Source: a virus (Duplodnaviria > Caudoviricetes). From it: 36,509 bases of DNA. This document shows positions 1-9,204 of the stretch, piece by piece. Numbering within the stretch: position 1 is the stretch's first letter; each line of letters starts with the position of its first letter. The stretch lies in the IMG/VR virus record IMGVR_UViG_3300049781_000118, positions 1 to 36,509 of that record, one strand, 5' to 3'. A program made the position numbers and the translations under genes. A model generated the notes under the pieces. It had not been told where the DNA came from. It worked only from the letters and a program-made list of their open reading frames with translations, and ran no database searches.

Positions 1-90
1 TCAAGCTTTGCCACGGCTACCCCCATCGCTCAGCGCCCAGACAAGCGCGACCCAGTAGACGAACAGGGCGACCAGCAGTGCTTCGCGCAT
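1..90 (-). CDS. small hydrophobic peptide (29 aa)
   Basis: Hand translation MREALLVALFVYWVALVWALSDGGSRGKA; TGATG coupling to the upstream ORF; one TM-like stretch. Confidence 0.5.
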   Translation of the reverse strand: MREALLVALFVYWVALVWALSDGGSRGKA

Positions 91-224
91 CAGTTGGCCC
101 CTTCGTCCATCAGGAAGCGCATGTAGCGGGCAATCGCCGCTTCGCGGTCCTCGAACTCGACGCCCTGCGCCTCAAGGTCGCTGACGATCTGCTCAGCGCG
201 AATGCGCGCAGCTTCCTCAGTCAT
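90..224 (-). CDS. hypothetical protein (44 aa)
   Basis: MTEEAARIRAEQIVSDLEAQGVEFEDRE...; ATGA overlap with the upstream ORF; GC3-rich codons. Confidence 0.6.
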   Translation of the reverse strand: MTEEAARIRAEQIVSDLEAQGVEFEDREAAIARYMRFLMDEGAN

Positions 225-364
225 GCCTGCGGTACCCCTTCTTCGAACGGCCCATAATGGTCGCGGTACATGTCACTGTCGGACCACGCCAGCGCTTCCG
301 ATTCGCTGGAGGTGACGCCCTTGATCTGCATATCCGCGTACCAACCCTCAGTCAGCACGTACAT
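221..364 (-). CDS. hypothetical protein (47 aa)
   Basis: [27 protein letters not shown]...; purine-rich RBS; part of a coupled chain. Confidence 0.55.
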   Translation of the reverse strand: MYVLTEGWYADMQIKGVTSSESEALAWSDSDMYRDHYGPFEEGVPQA

Positions 365-440
365 GGCTTCGCCCTCTCTGCCCGCAGTCCAGCTTGTGAC
401 CCTGCGCCCTGCCGCACTCCCTACAGCGCATCGCGCTCAC
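348..440 (-). CDS. possible tiny Cys/His peptide (30 aa)
   Basis: GTGA overlap with the thyX stop; [14 protein letters not shown]. Confidence 0.35.
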   Translation of the reverse strand: MSAMRCRECGRAQGHKLDCGQRGRSHVRAD

Positions 441-1126
441 TCCCCCGGCTCGTCGCTGATGTCCTGCACGCTGTTCGGCGCAAGCTCGCGGAGCAACCTG
501 AGCACCTCAGCGGCAAAGCGCTGGATTTCCGCATCCGCGTGGACGCTGTGTCGCTTCCCCAGGACGTCTCGCCAGGCGCGCAGGTTGCCGGTTACGACCA
601 TGTCCACGGGGGCCGCATTCGGCAGAGCTGCGCGAGCTGCCTCCCTGGCCTGCTTACGGCTGTAGCCAGCGTGCCCGAGCACGTCAGCCAGCATCTCGTA
701 CACCTCAGTGGCGCGGTAGTACGCAGACCTGACGATGTCCTCAGCGGGGTGACCAGCCAGCGCAGGCGGAATCACAGGCTCAGTCGTGGCGTAGTCCACA
801 TAGCGCTGAGACACCACGCTGAACGACAGATGCCGATGACGCGTCAGCTCAGCCAGCAGGGAGCGGCTCACGTCGCGCACCAGGAACGTCACACTGGAGT
901 GTTCCAGCACGCTGAAGTGGCCGTGGCCCAGGATGTTGGCCAGATAGCCCGCGTTCGCCGCCGTACCAGGGTTCTTGCGTCCGAACGACTTGTAGCAGAT
1001 GCGGCCAGCAGCTTCACCCAGGGCATCGGCCCCGTTCACGTCCTGCTCGGGGTTCATGTCGTAGCCGTACGCGTCCCACAATACAGCGCCCTCGACGTGC
1101 GTGTGCGCCAGAATGTCAATGCGCAT
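437..1126 (-). CDS. thyX: flavin-dependent thymidylate synthase
   Basis: [26 protein letters not shown] (RHRx7S motif), [22 protein letters not shown]. Confidence 0.96.
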   Translation of the reverse strand: MRIDILAHTHVEGAVLWDAYGYDMNPEQDVNGADALGEAAGRICYKSFGRKNPGTAANAGYLANILGHGHFSVLEHSSVTFLVRDVSRSLLAELTRHRHLSFSVVSQRYVDYATTEPVIPPALAGHPAEDIVRSAYYRATEVYEMLADVLGHAGYSRKQAREAARAALPNAAPVDMVVTGNLRAWRDVLGKRHSVHADAEIQRFAAEVLRLLRELAPNSVQDISDEPGE

Positions 1127-1165
1127 TTCGCGCCCCTCTCTCCTCAGGTACGAAAGTCGTAGGTG

Positions 1166-1333
1166 CTACAGCGGGCCAGCGGCCAGGAAGTGCGCCAGAT
1201 CAAGCACGTCGCTGGGTTCATGTGCCAGGCCAGAGTCAGCGAGCAGCTTCAGCGCCACGCGGTAACAGTCCCGACGATCGGCAATCTTGCTGGCGACTGT
1301 CGGCGCGGCAATCGCCGGATCGATCTCAGCCAC
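1166..1333 (-). CDS. hypothetical protein (55 aa)
   Basis: Hand translation from GTG: (M)AEIDPAIAAPTVASKIADRRDCYRVALK...; overlaps the upstream stop. Confidence 0.5.
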   Translation of the reverse strand: MAEIDPAIAAPTVASKIADRRDCYRVALKLLADSGLAHEPSDVLDLAHFLAAGPL

Positions 1334-1505
1334 GGTTCAGGCAAGTGGCGACGCGCAGGCCGATGAACAGCACTCGCGACTCCTCGCGCCCCAGGGTGAC
1401 CGTGCTGATCGTCTCGCCCTCGCTGTTACAGGTCTGAAATTCGGTGCGGTCGCTGTCCACCTTGCGGGTGATGACACGGTGTCCGTTGCGCAGCTTGTAC
1501 ATCAT
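1326..1505 (-). CDS. hypothetical protein (59 aa)
   Basis: MMYKLRNGHRVITRKVDSDRTEFQT...; RBS GGAAGG; directly downstream of a promoter motif. Confidence 0.65.
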   Translation of the reverse strand: MMYKLRNGHRVITRKVDSDRTEFQTCNSEGETISTVTLGREESRVLFIGLRVATCLNRG

Positions 1506-1564
1506 GGCGTTACCTTCCGTCGTTGTGCAGAGGTGTTAGCGAGTGGATTGCCTGCCTGCGGCGC

Positions 1565-1807
1565 TCAGAACGTCGCGGCCCAGTCGGCGAGGCTGCGCGC
1601 ACTCTTGTCGAGATTGCAGGGAGCGCACGCCGGCACCACGTTGCGCAGGACGTCCCGGCCACCCAGCGCGATGGGCTGTACGTGGTCTAGGTGCTCCGCA
1701 GGCGCGTCGCAGTAGCAGCAGGTATGGGCCCAGCGGGTAAAGACCTCAGCGCGCTTGTACGGCGCCGTGTGAACCCTGCGACTCCTCGCGTAGGCCTGGC
1801 TGAACAT
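1565..1807 (-). CDS. HNH endonuclease domain (C-terminal half of a split or frameshifted gene)
   Basis: CCYC...HLDHVQPIALGGRDVLRNVVPACAPCNLDK; start uncertain (ATG at 1807 or 1837, or reached by frameshift). Confidence 0.8.
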   Translation of the reverse strand: MFSQAYARSRRVHTAPYKRAEVFTRWAHTCCYCDAPAEHLDHVQPIALGGRDVLRNVVPACAPCNLDKSARSLADWAATF

Positions 1808-2279
1808 GCGCCCTGCGCCACTGCGTGAGGAAGTCATGACCAGCCGTCTGCTTTCGGTAGGAACGGATGCGCTCAGGGTTGGATCTGCGCCACTCCTGCT
1901 TGTACTGCTGCCGGCGTCGGGCATCGTCCCTGTAATAGGCAGCGAGGTGCTCACGGTTCGCCGTACGCCAGGCAGATGACTGCGCTAGTCGCCGGTCACG
2001 GTTCCGCCAGTAGTACCTACGCTGAGAGGCACGGATGCGGACCTTGCGCCAATACCGCTGTCGCTGTCGCGCTGCTTCAAGCTCTCGGTTCGCCGCGTGG
2101 TATTCACGAACTCTCTGACGCTCACGTTCAGCGTTAGCGGCGCGGTACGAAGCGTTGTAGGCCCTGCCGCATTCCTTGCACTGCGAGTTGTAGCCGTCCG
2201 ATGCTGACTTGCGACGGGGGAAGGCGGAGAGGGGTTTGACCTCTCCGCACTTCGAACAGCACTTGTGCTCAGCACTCAC
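1746..2279 (-). CDS. Zn-finger plus Arg-rich helical repeat protein (N-terminal half of an HNH gene)
   Basis: CSKC...CKEC followed by Y/W-R-x-x-N-R/P-E repeats; GTGA-type overlap with the sigma-like gene. Confidence 0.75.
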   Translation of the reverse strand: MSAEHKCCSKCGEVKPLSAFPRRKSASDGYNSQCKECGRAYNASYRAANAERERQRVREYHAANRELEAARQRQRYWRKVRIRASQRRYYWRNRDRRLAQSSAWRTANREHLAAYYRDDARRRQQYKQEWRRSNPERIRSYRKQTAGHDFLTQWRRAHVQPGLREESQGSHGAVQAR

Positions 2280-3418
2280 TTACAGCCGCCACGACCAAGG
2301 TTGACAGTCGCAGCCAAAGCCAGGGCGGTTGCCTCAGCCTCATTCCGGGCAAAGAGCGCGATGAACTTGCTGGCGAACGACTTCAGCCCCTTGGATCGCG
2401 CCTCACGTACGTTCTTGACGCCAGTGCCCAGATCAGCGGCAAGCGCTTCGTCATCGCCGGCCACTCCAGTTCCGTAGCAGCGCGCGTCACCGATGCCGTA
2501 CGACATGGCGATAACCTTGCGGCGCATTTCCGAGAGGGACTCCAGCGCGGCACGAACCATGCCCACCTTGGCAGCGCGCTCATCCTGGCGTTCGTCGGCG
2601 ACGTCACGCAGCTCCTCGATCAGGTCGCCCTCTTCGGCGGTGCTCACGGCGCTGCGGAGAATGGCCATGGCGTCCAGCACATATCGGCGCTGCTGCGCGT
2701 CCCTGGGAACGGTCAGCGTGTCTTCCAGCTTTTCGACCAGCGCCGGAAGATTCGCGGAGAACATGCGCGGCGTGGTGCGCTGAACCGTGGCCCCTGCGTA
2801 ACGCTCCAGCACCTTCAGCGCTTCGAGCGCAGCACCGTGGCCAACCTTGGGGCGGATAACGGCCGGCTCGTCCTCAGGCGTAGCAACCAGCGTGTCAGCG
2901 ATGGAAGCCTGTGAGTTGAGTCCAGGGCTTCCGTACGTCTTGTTTGTCGGAGCGTCGATCGACGTGATGCCCTGGAAGGCCAGCCGCGCGGAGTAAGCCC
3001 GATCGGCACTCAGGCGGACACCCTTGGGCGGGGAGGTCTGCGCCAGCTTCTCAGCGCGGTGCGGGTCGCCCTCAGCCTCGCCGTGAAGCATGCTCATGAA
3101 CACCTTCACGGCGTCCTTGTCAGCGCCCTGATAGCGGGTGGCCCGCACCTTGTCCTTCAGCGCGTCTTCCATCGAGTGGTACAGGTAGCCGATCGTCCGG
3201 TCAACGCTGAGACCCTCGTCCACTCGCGGAAGCGCCCTGAACAGTGCCTCCCGAGCGTCCTGCTTCAGGTCGTCCTTGTGGTCAGCGCCGTTCGGCAGGC
3301 GGAGCGCAGCGAGGTTGGCCAGTCCGTTGATGCGGCTTTCCATCGCTTCGAGCAGGGCGCCGATGCTGGCGAGGTCGTTGGCCTGGGCTGCCTTGATCTG
3401 GGCAAGGGTGAGCGACAT
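2276..3418 (-). CDS. phage sigma-factor-like transcription activator
   Basis: N-terminal region-2-like segment (DDLKQDAREALFRAL); C-terminal region-4-like HTH (ALESLSEMRRKVIAMSYGI...LAADLGTGVKNVREARSKGLK); sits after DNA pol as in phiC31-like phages. Confidence 0.75.
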   Translation of the reverse strand: MSLTLAQIKAAQANDLASIGALLEAMESRINGLANLAALRLPNGADHKDDLKQDAREALFRALPRVDEGLSVDRTIGYLYHSMEDALKDKVRATRYQGADKDAVKVFMSMLHGEAEGDPHRAEKLAQTSPPKGVRLSADRAYSARLAFQGITSIDAPTNKTYGSPGLNSQASIADTLVATPEDEPAVIRPKVGHGAALEALKVLERYAGATVQRTTPRMFSANLPALVEKLEDTLTVPRDAQQRRYVLDAMAILRSAVSTAEEGDLIEELRDVADERQDERAAKVGMVRAALESLSEMRRKVIAMSYGIGDARCYGTGVAGDDEALAADLGTGVKNVREARSKGLKSFASKFIALFARNEAEATALALAATVNLGRGGCK

Positions 3419-3807
3419 GGGAAGACTCCGATCAGGTGGGTTCGCTGGGGTGTTAGCGAGTGGATTGCCTGATCAGAGTTCGGCCGGAAAAGTGCAGGTC
3501 AGCGCCTATGGCGCAGCACAAATCAACAGACGATCCGCCTGATCAGGCGGGGTCTGCTTCGCCAAGGTTCCGGCCGGACGCCTTGGTGTCGCTGTCGTGA
3601 AGTGAACGGGAACTTTCGTAGGTGGTCAACGACTTTCGTAGGTGACCTACCTAGTTAGACACCCTGGTCAGACCGCTAGTTGCAGCAAATTCGAAGGCGT
3701 GACCACACTTCATCCTTGGGAACCACAGATTGTGTGGGCGATGTGAACGCCGTTACCTACGGTTCGAAGGTTCGAACCCTGCACAGATGTTCTAGGTCAC
3801 AACTGAG

Positions 3808-3845
3808 AAACGGCCACGCTCTGTCACCAGAACATGGCCGTTTCT
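3808..3845 (-). terminator. intrinsic terminator after DNA polymerase
   Basis: GAAACGGCCA...TGGCCGTTTC stem-loop about 20 nt past the stop. Confidence 0.65.
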
Positions 3846-3865
3846 TACGCTGCGCTATAGGTCAG

Positions 3866-5716
3866 CTACACATCCGCGCCGTACAGGCTGCCCCATGAGC
3901 GCTTGCCCACCTCTGCCTCAGCCTCGATCGGGACGCCGAACAGATCGAACGTCATGCAGCCCTCAATGGCCTTCGCCATCTCTTGGGCATCCGCCTGCGG
4001 AACGCTCGCGAGGACTTCGTCATGGATCGGCAGGCGCATGTACGGCAGCAGGCCGGCCTCTTCCATGTTGATCAGCGATTGCCCCAGGACGTCACGCGCC
4101 GCTGACTGAACGGCGTAGTTGGTCACGGCGTACACGCGCTGCTTGTCCACGGGCAGCCGGCGACCGGTCACGCTGATACCCACCATGCCGTGCTGATAGG
4201 CCTCACGCTGGAGTGCTCGGCTGAAGCGGGCAATCTCCGGGTAGGCACGGTCGTAGGCCTTCAGCGCGCGGACTACGTCATCCTCAGGGGCGCCTGTCTG
4301 CCTGCTGATGCTGGCTGCACCTCCCCCGTAGACCTTGCCGAACGCGATGCCCTTAGAGATCTTGCGATGCTTCGGAGTGAAGTCGTCGCCAAAGACCAGG
4401 CGTGCTGTGAATGAGTGCAGATCCTCGCCCTTGCTGATCGCCGACTTCATCCGCTTGACGTCAGCCAGCGCCGCGAGCACGCGCAGTTCGACCGCAGCAA
4501 AGTCGCACGACACCATGACTTCGCCCTCGTCAGCCAACAGACAGCGCCGGATCATGGCGTCCCCGCTGGGGAGTGTCTGAAGGGCCGGCCGCGTGATGGA
4601 CATGCGCCCTGTTCGCGCCTGCATGCTGTTCAGAAAACTGTGCACCCGCCCATCAGCGTCGACAGTCTCAAGGAATGTCTGCGTATAGGCACTGCGCCAC
4701 TTGCCCGCGCGCTTGCTCCGGATGATGGCCTCAGCGAGCGGGTTGGGCTTGCGGGTCCCGAGAGGCTTGCCGCTGTTCTGATCAAGGTCAGCGAAGCGGT
4801 GCAGGACAGACTTGTCCACGCGCGGTAGCCCACTGTCGGTTACGTCTGACCACACCTCTCCCATCTCAGTGAAGGCAGTGCGGAGCTGTGCCGCAGCGTT
4901 CACATTGCTGACGCCGTAGCGCAGGGCAGTTGCCTCATACATCAGCGCTTCGTCGCCCAGCCGGCCGTCCAGCTCTCGCGTGTACTCGGAGTCAAGCACC
5001 AGGCCCGTTCGCTGCATGATCGCGCAGATTCGGGCTATCTCGTGCTCGTAGGCGACAAGTCGGGGGCGTACGCCAAGCGTCTCCAGCTCAGCGTCAAGGG
5101 CGACGTCCAGGCGCGCAGTGAGAATGACGTCCAGGCCGGCGTACAGGAGATACGTCGGGTGGTCCAGCGGAATACCCGCCCAACCGGTTGACTTCGTCAG
5201 CTTCAGCGAGCGGAATACCGCCGTCAGATCGCCCTGCGTGTCAGGCGCATTGGGGTCCAGATACCACGCGCTGAGCGGCTTGAGGGCAGTACCTCGCCCA
5301 CCTTCCTGCGGCTGCCTGGGGTCGACCAGTCCGGCCTTGAGCCGAGTGTCGATGGTGCGCGGTGCGAGATCCTCGATGCTGACGCCCGCATGACGATCGA
5401 GGACAGCCCAGTCGAACGGCGCGTTGTGGATCTGGGCTTTGCCGATCAGCCGAAGAGCCCAGTGCGCGACCTCAGCGAAGATGCCACCCAACTCATACGG
5501 GATTACCCAGCCGATCTTGCGGTCACCGAACTGCACCGTGCGCAGGCGATAGCCAGGCGAGTAGATGTCGAGTCCGGTCGTTTCAGTGTCCAGCGCAATC
5601 GGTCCGCGCTTGTTCGCCACCTCAAACCAGTAGCGGAACGCCTGAACGTCAAATGAGTCTTCCGGCACCCTGATCTGAACCGGGTCACCAGCAATGCGGT
5701 AGTCGTAGACCTTCAC
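3866..5716 (-). CDS. DNA polymerase family A (3'-5' exonuclease plus polymerase)
   Basis: Exo I DTETTG, HNAPFD, YAGLD; motif A DFAAVELRVLA; motif B RKISKGIAFGKVYG; motif C IHDE. Confidence 0.96.
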   Translation of the reverse strand: MKVYDYRIAGDPVQIRVPEDSFDVQAFRYWFEVANKRGPIALDTETTGLDIYSPGYRLRTVQFGDRKIGWVIPYELGGIFAEVAHWALRLIGKAQIHNAPFDWAVLDRHAGVSIEDLAPRTIDTRLKAGLVDPRQPQEGGRGTALKPLSAWYLDPNAPDTQGDLTAVFRSLKLTKSTGWAGIPLDHPTYLLYAGLDVILTARLDVALDAELETLGVRPRLVAYEHEIARICAIMQRTGLVLDSEYTRELDGRLGDEALMYEATALRYGVSNVNAAAQLRTAFTEMGEVWSDVTDSGLPRVDKSVLHRFADLDQNSGKPLGTRKPNPLAEAIIRSKRAGKWRSAYTQTFLETVDADGRVHSFLNSMQARTGRMSITRPALQTLPSGDAMIRRCLLADEGEVMVSCDFAAVELRVLAALADVKRMKSAISKGEDLHSFTARLVFGDDFTPKHRKISKGIAFGKVYGGGAASISRQTGAPEDDVVRALKAYDRAYPEIARFSRALQREAYQHGMVGISVTGRRLPVDKQRVYAVTNYAVQSAARDVLGQSLINMEEAGLLPYMRLPIHDEVLASVPQADAQEMAKAIEGCMTFDLFGVPIEAEAEVGKRSWGSLYGADV

Positions 5717-6375
5717 GCGCTGAGCCCCTCTCGCTGGGCAAGGAACTGCTGGCCGATGTACTGCGTGTACGCCGGCGGGATTGCTTCGGTCAGCTCTTCG
5801 CGCACGTTCGTCCAGTGGATATCCATGGCGTCCTGCATCTCAGGGACTGTCGCCTTACCTCCGCCAGCGCCATACGCAGCGACGTACGGTCCGTCATGCC
5901 ATTCGCCGTGCCGGTATCCGCGCACTCTCCCCCGATGCTTCTTATGGGCAGGGGCCGGCGCCGACCAGTTGACCAACTCGAACTTGCGATGCCGCAGGAC
6001 GCCCAGCCCGAACATCTCGCCACAGAGCACCATGTCAGGGCGCGAGCGCGGGTTTTCGATGGAACCGGGGACGCCCGACGCGTACATCAGGTCGCGTATC
6101 GGCTCGTAGAGATCCACATAGCGGTCAGCGAGGTGCGCATTCGTACCCAGCGTGAGCGTGCACTTCGCCTGACAAGGGGGTGAGACATGCACGTAGCTGA
6201 ACTGCCGAACAAAGTCGACGTCGCGGAGCACATCGAGAATGTCAGCGCGCATGAACTCGAACGGGTACCGATCCCGCTGCTCAATGTCCACACCGACAAC
6301 GCGGCGCGCACCCGCTCTCCTGAATCCATCACTCGCTGCACCAGCGCATGAACAGCCGTCCAGAACGTCAAACAC
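5713..6375 (-). CDS. short DNA cytosine-C5 methyltransferase-like protein
   Basis: Motif I-like LDGCSCAG, GVDI, catalytic SPPCQ, IENP, C-terminal EAIPPAY; GTG at 6375 follows RBS AAGGAG (track start 6396). Confidence 0.8.
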   Translation of the reverse strand: MFDVLDGCSCAGAASDGFRRAGARRVVGVDIEQRDRYPFEFMRADILDVLRDVDFVRQFSYVHVSPPCQAKCTLTLGTNAHLADRYVDLYEPIRDLMYASGVPGSIENPRSRPDMVLCGEMFGLGVLRHRKFELVNWSAPAPAHKKHRGRVRGYRHGEWHDGPYVAAYGAGGGKATVPEMQDAMDIHWTNVREELTEAIPPAYTQYIGQQFLAQREGLSA

Positions 6376-6401
6376 GGTGAGTCTCCTTATGGGCATGCAA
6401 A

Positions 6402-6436
6402 AGGGACTCAGGTACGACTTTCGTAGCTGAGTCCCT
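6402..6436 (-). terminator. terminator hairpin containing the operator-like palindrome
   Basis: AGGGACTCAG/CTGAGTCCCT stem enclosing TACGACTTTCGTA, followed by a T-run on the minus strand. Confidence 0.7.
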
Positions 6437-6491
6437 CTGCGTTGCGTGTTGTGTCGGCTACTGGCAGACGTCAGCGCCCAGGCCTTCGCTG

Positions 6492-9008
6492 CTAGTCGCC
6501 TATCAGCTTCCGGAATTCGCTCTTCACGTTGGACTTGATATCGGCCATGTCGTCCTCGAACTTCCGAATAGCCGGACTGTCTGACGCAAAGATGCCCGGA
6601 CCAGCAGGCTTCGGCGAAGCGTCAGCGGAGCGAATGCCCACCAGCGCAATACCCTTGTTCGTCTTCTTACTCGTGATGCTGCGCTCTTCCATGGCCCTGT
6701 AGAACGCCTGCCGTGTCCACCTCTCGCGCTGGGGCAGGTTCTCGGCCTCGCACCACTCCAGATAGGTGTTGAAGGCTTCGCCGCCGACCATGGTTGCTGC
6801 GGGGTCTTCGACAAGTACGCCAGGGAAGAACCCAGCGAGGGCATCCGAGGTGCGCCGGTATTCGTCGCTGGCGTTGACGACCTCAGCGGGATCGTCCAGG
6901 CCAGTGGCGAACCAGTCGGCTGCGCCCTGAACTGCCCATGCGGCGATTCCCTGCGCTTCCGCGCGCAGCTTGGCGTCCAGCTCGTAATCCCGCTCATGGG
7001 GCGCGAAGTATCGCTTGAACGGAATCATCTTGACGCGTCGCCAGAGACCTTCATCCTGGCCCCGGAATCTGGGCTTATGGTTCGTTGCGAGCATCAGCAG
7101 GAATGTCGGCTTGAATTCGAAGAACTCCTGTCGGAGGAATCGCGCGCTGACCATGTCTTTGCCGGTGACGCGCTTCAGCACAGCTTCGCTCATGGGCTTT
7201 CCGCTCTCGCCCTCCGATGCCATGACCAGACGCGCAGCCCGCAGCGCCGCAATATCGTTCGGGATTCCGCCGCTGGCCTTTTCCTCGAACGTGGCGAACG
7301 GAGTTGTCTTGGCGATCGCACTGAAGATGTCAGACAGCGTATCGGTGTAGACACTCTTGCCGTTGGCGCCCTTGCCCCAGAGAACGGCAAACGCCTGCTC
7401 ATCCGTGTAACCGGTGATCCCGTAGCCAGTGAGCCGCTGAAGATACGCCGGCATGTCAGGCATCCCAGGCATGATCTCTTCGAGGAAAGCCAGCCAGCGC
7501 GGACACTTCGCCGACGCGTCATACTCGACAGCCAGCGAATACGTGAGCATGTCTTCTTTGCGATGTGGCCGCAGCGTCTTGGTGCGCAGTTCCACCGTGC
7601 CATTCGCGAAGCTGAGCAGGTCGGGCCTCGCATCGAAGTCCTGCGCTGCCACATACACGCTGGGCACGCTTCGCAGCTCGGTCATCAGGTTGTCGATGTC
7701 ACGCGTCGACAGGAAGAGTTTCGCCTGATCACCCTTGCCAGCGAGCACCAGCGCGGCGCCCATCCGGTGGATCTCTTGGCGTACCTTGACCTCGCTGCGC
7801 TCCCAAACCTGGCCGTTCCATACGTAGTAGCCCAGACCAGGCGCAAAGCGGATACGCCCTCCAGACCAGGCGACCAGCGCATGGGCCCGCATCGCGTCGC
7901 TGTCGCCGTACCGTTCGACGAACTGAGCCAACAGCTTGCCGGCCTCAGCGACTTGTTCGGCGTCGACCAGTTCCGCCCCAGTGGCCCCCGCTAGTTCAGC
8001 GGAAACAGCCGCGCGAAGTTGCTCTGTGCTCGATTGGGCGGGAGTAACCGACTTGATTGCCGAATGGAACGCGCTCGGGAAGCTTGCAGGGTCCTGCTCG
8101 CGCCACGCTGTGAGGTCGTCTGCGCCTTCCGGCAGCTCCATCGTGTGTACGTCAATGCCGTGGCTCCGGAGCCCATCAGCGACTCGTCGATTGAATTCCT
8201 GCCCTGCGCGATCGCTGTCGCCTGCCACGATGACCATGCGGCCCTTGAGCCCGTGCGCGAGTTCGCTGAGCAGTTCCGGGTTATTGACAAGGGAGGCCCC
8301 ACGGACCACGACCGAGTCATAGCCCAGCGCGGTAGCCGTGAGCCCATCGCCGGGCCCCTCCGTGATGATCCAAGGGGCATAGCCGGCCTCCCCGCGCAGC
8401 ACGCCGTACGGCCCCCAGCGGAATCCCTCAGGGTTCGCCAGCGACAACCAGCGTCCGGGGCAGTTACCGGTCAGATCACGACCCTGCAAGCCGTGCGGCG
8501 TGCCGCTGAAGTCCATGAGCGGAACCGTGAGTCTGGCGTAGCGCCGGAAGGCCGGACTGAGCGATTCCCAGCGCGGGGACACTGTCCCATCGTCGACACC
8601 GACACCCAGTGCGTGGGCAGTCATGGGATCCATACCGAAGCGGTTGCGCAGGTAGATTCGCGCGTCCATCGACCAGTCTTCGTCGCCTGTGAGCCGCTCG
8701 CGCGTGTCGCTGACGTATCCCTTCAGCGCTTGCAGGTGCGCCAGCCCAACCAACTCAGGGCGCTCACTGCGCACGGTCGGAACGTCGCCGGCAACGTCGA
8801 ACAGGTCACGCCATGTCAGCCCGGCAGCCTTGACGATGGCCTCAGGCTCGCAACCAGCGCGGTCCGTGAGTCGAACTTTCCGATCGTCGCCGACCCAGAT
8901 GCGCAGGGAAGGCTTGCTGTCGTTGTGGCCAGGGCAGACAGCGAGGAATCCCCCGTCCGGCTGTTCACTCACCTCTGCGAACCTGCCCAGTAGTTCGTCA
9001 ATCTGCAT
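6492..9008 (-). CDS. fused DNA primase (Zn-binding plus TOPRIM) / P4-D5-type SF3 helicase
   Basis: CPGH N-terminus, TEGPGD and DSD TOPRIM motifs, Walker A GKGANGKS, MASE, ATNHKP, GLWRR. Confidence 0.93.
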   Translation of the reverse strand: MQIDELLGRFAEVSEQPDGGFLAVCPGHNDSKPSLRIWVGDDRKVRLTDRAGCEPEAIVKAAGLTWRDLFDVAGDVPTVRSERPELVGLAHLQALKGYVSDTRERLTGDEDWSMDARIYLRNRFGMDPMTAHALGVGVDDGTVSPRWESLSPAFRRYARLTVPLMDFSGTPHGLQGRDLTGNCPGRWLSLANPEGFRWGPYGVLRGEAGYAPWIITEGPGDGLTATALGYDSVVVRGASLVNNPELLSELAHGLKGRMVIVAGDSDRAGQEFNRRVADGLRSHGIDVHTMELPEGADDLTAWREQDPASFPSAFHSAIKSVTPAQSSTEQLRAAVSAELAGATGAELVDAEQVAEAGKLLAQFVERYGDSDAMRAHALVAWSGGRIRFAPGLGYYVWNGQVWERSEVKVRQEIHRMGAALVLAGKGDQAKLFLSTRDIDNLMTELRSVPSVYVAAQDFDARPDLLSFANGTVELRTKTLRPHRKEDMLTYSLAVEYDASAKCPRWLAFLEEIMPGMPDMPAYLQRLTGYGITGYTDEQAFAVLWGKGANGKSVYTDTLSDIFSAIAKTTPFATFEEKASGGIPNDIAALRAARLVMASEGESGKPMSEAVLKRVTGKDMVSARFLRQEFFEFKPTFLLMLATNHKPRFRGQDEGLWRRVKMIPFKRYFAPHERDYELDAKLRAEAQGIAAWAVQGAADWFATGLDDPAEVVNASDEYRRTSDALAGFFPGVLVEDPAATMVGGEAFNTYLEWCEAENLPQRERWTRQAFYRAMEERSITSKKTNKGIALVGIRSADASPKPAGPGIFASDSPAIRKFEDDMADIKSNVKSEFRKLIGD

Positions 9009-9044
9009 GCGCGTAGCACGTCCTTCCGTCGATTCGCAGAGGTG

Positions 9045-9197
9045 TTAGCGAGCGGATTGCCTGCGGCGCCTCATGCGGGCAAGGATCAGCGCATCGGACG
9101 GCTGAATCCACGCATGCCAGCCGACAGAGTTTTTCCAGCGGCGCCCATGGGTGCGCTGAGGGATGCCGCAGCCAGCACAGGAATACGGCTCGTGCAT
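9045..9197 (-). CDS. small Cys/His protein (50 aa)
   Basis: MHEPYSCAGCGIPQRTH...; RBS AGGAG; 3' end overlaps a promoter motif. Confidence 0.65.
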   Translation of the reverse strand: MHEPYSCAGCGIPQRTHGRRWKNSVGWHAWIQPSDALILARMRRRRQSAR

Positions 9198-9204
9198 AGC
9201 ACTC

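Noticed and set aside
3490-3502. AAGTGCAGGTCAG, also at the ends of both 126-bp repeats
   Set aside because: GCAGGTCAG-type words are common in actinobacterial intergenic DNA, so I cannot support a phage-specific role.
3755-3782. GGTTCGAAGGTTCGAACCC as a tRNA T-arm
   Set aside because: No acceptor, D or anticodon arm could be folded around it.
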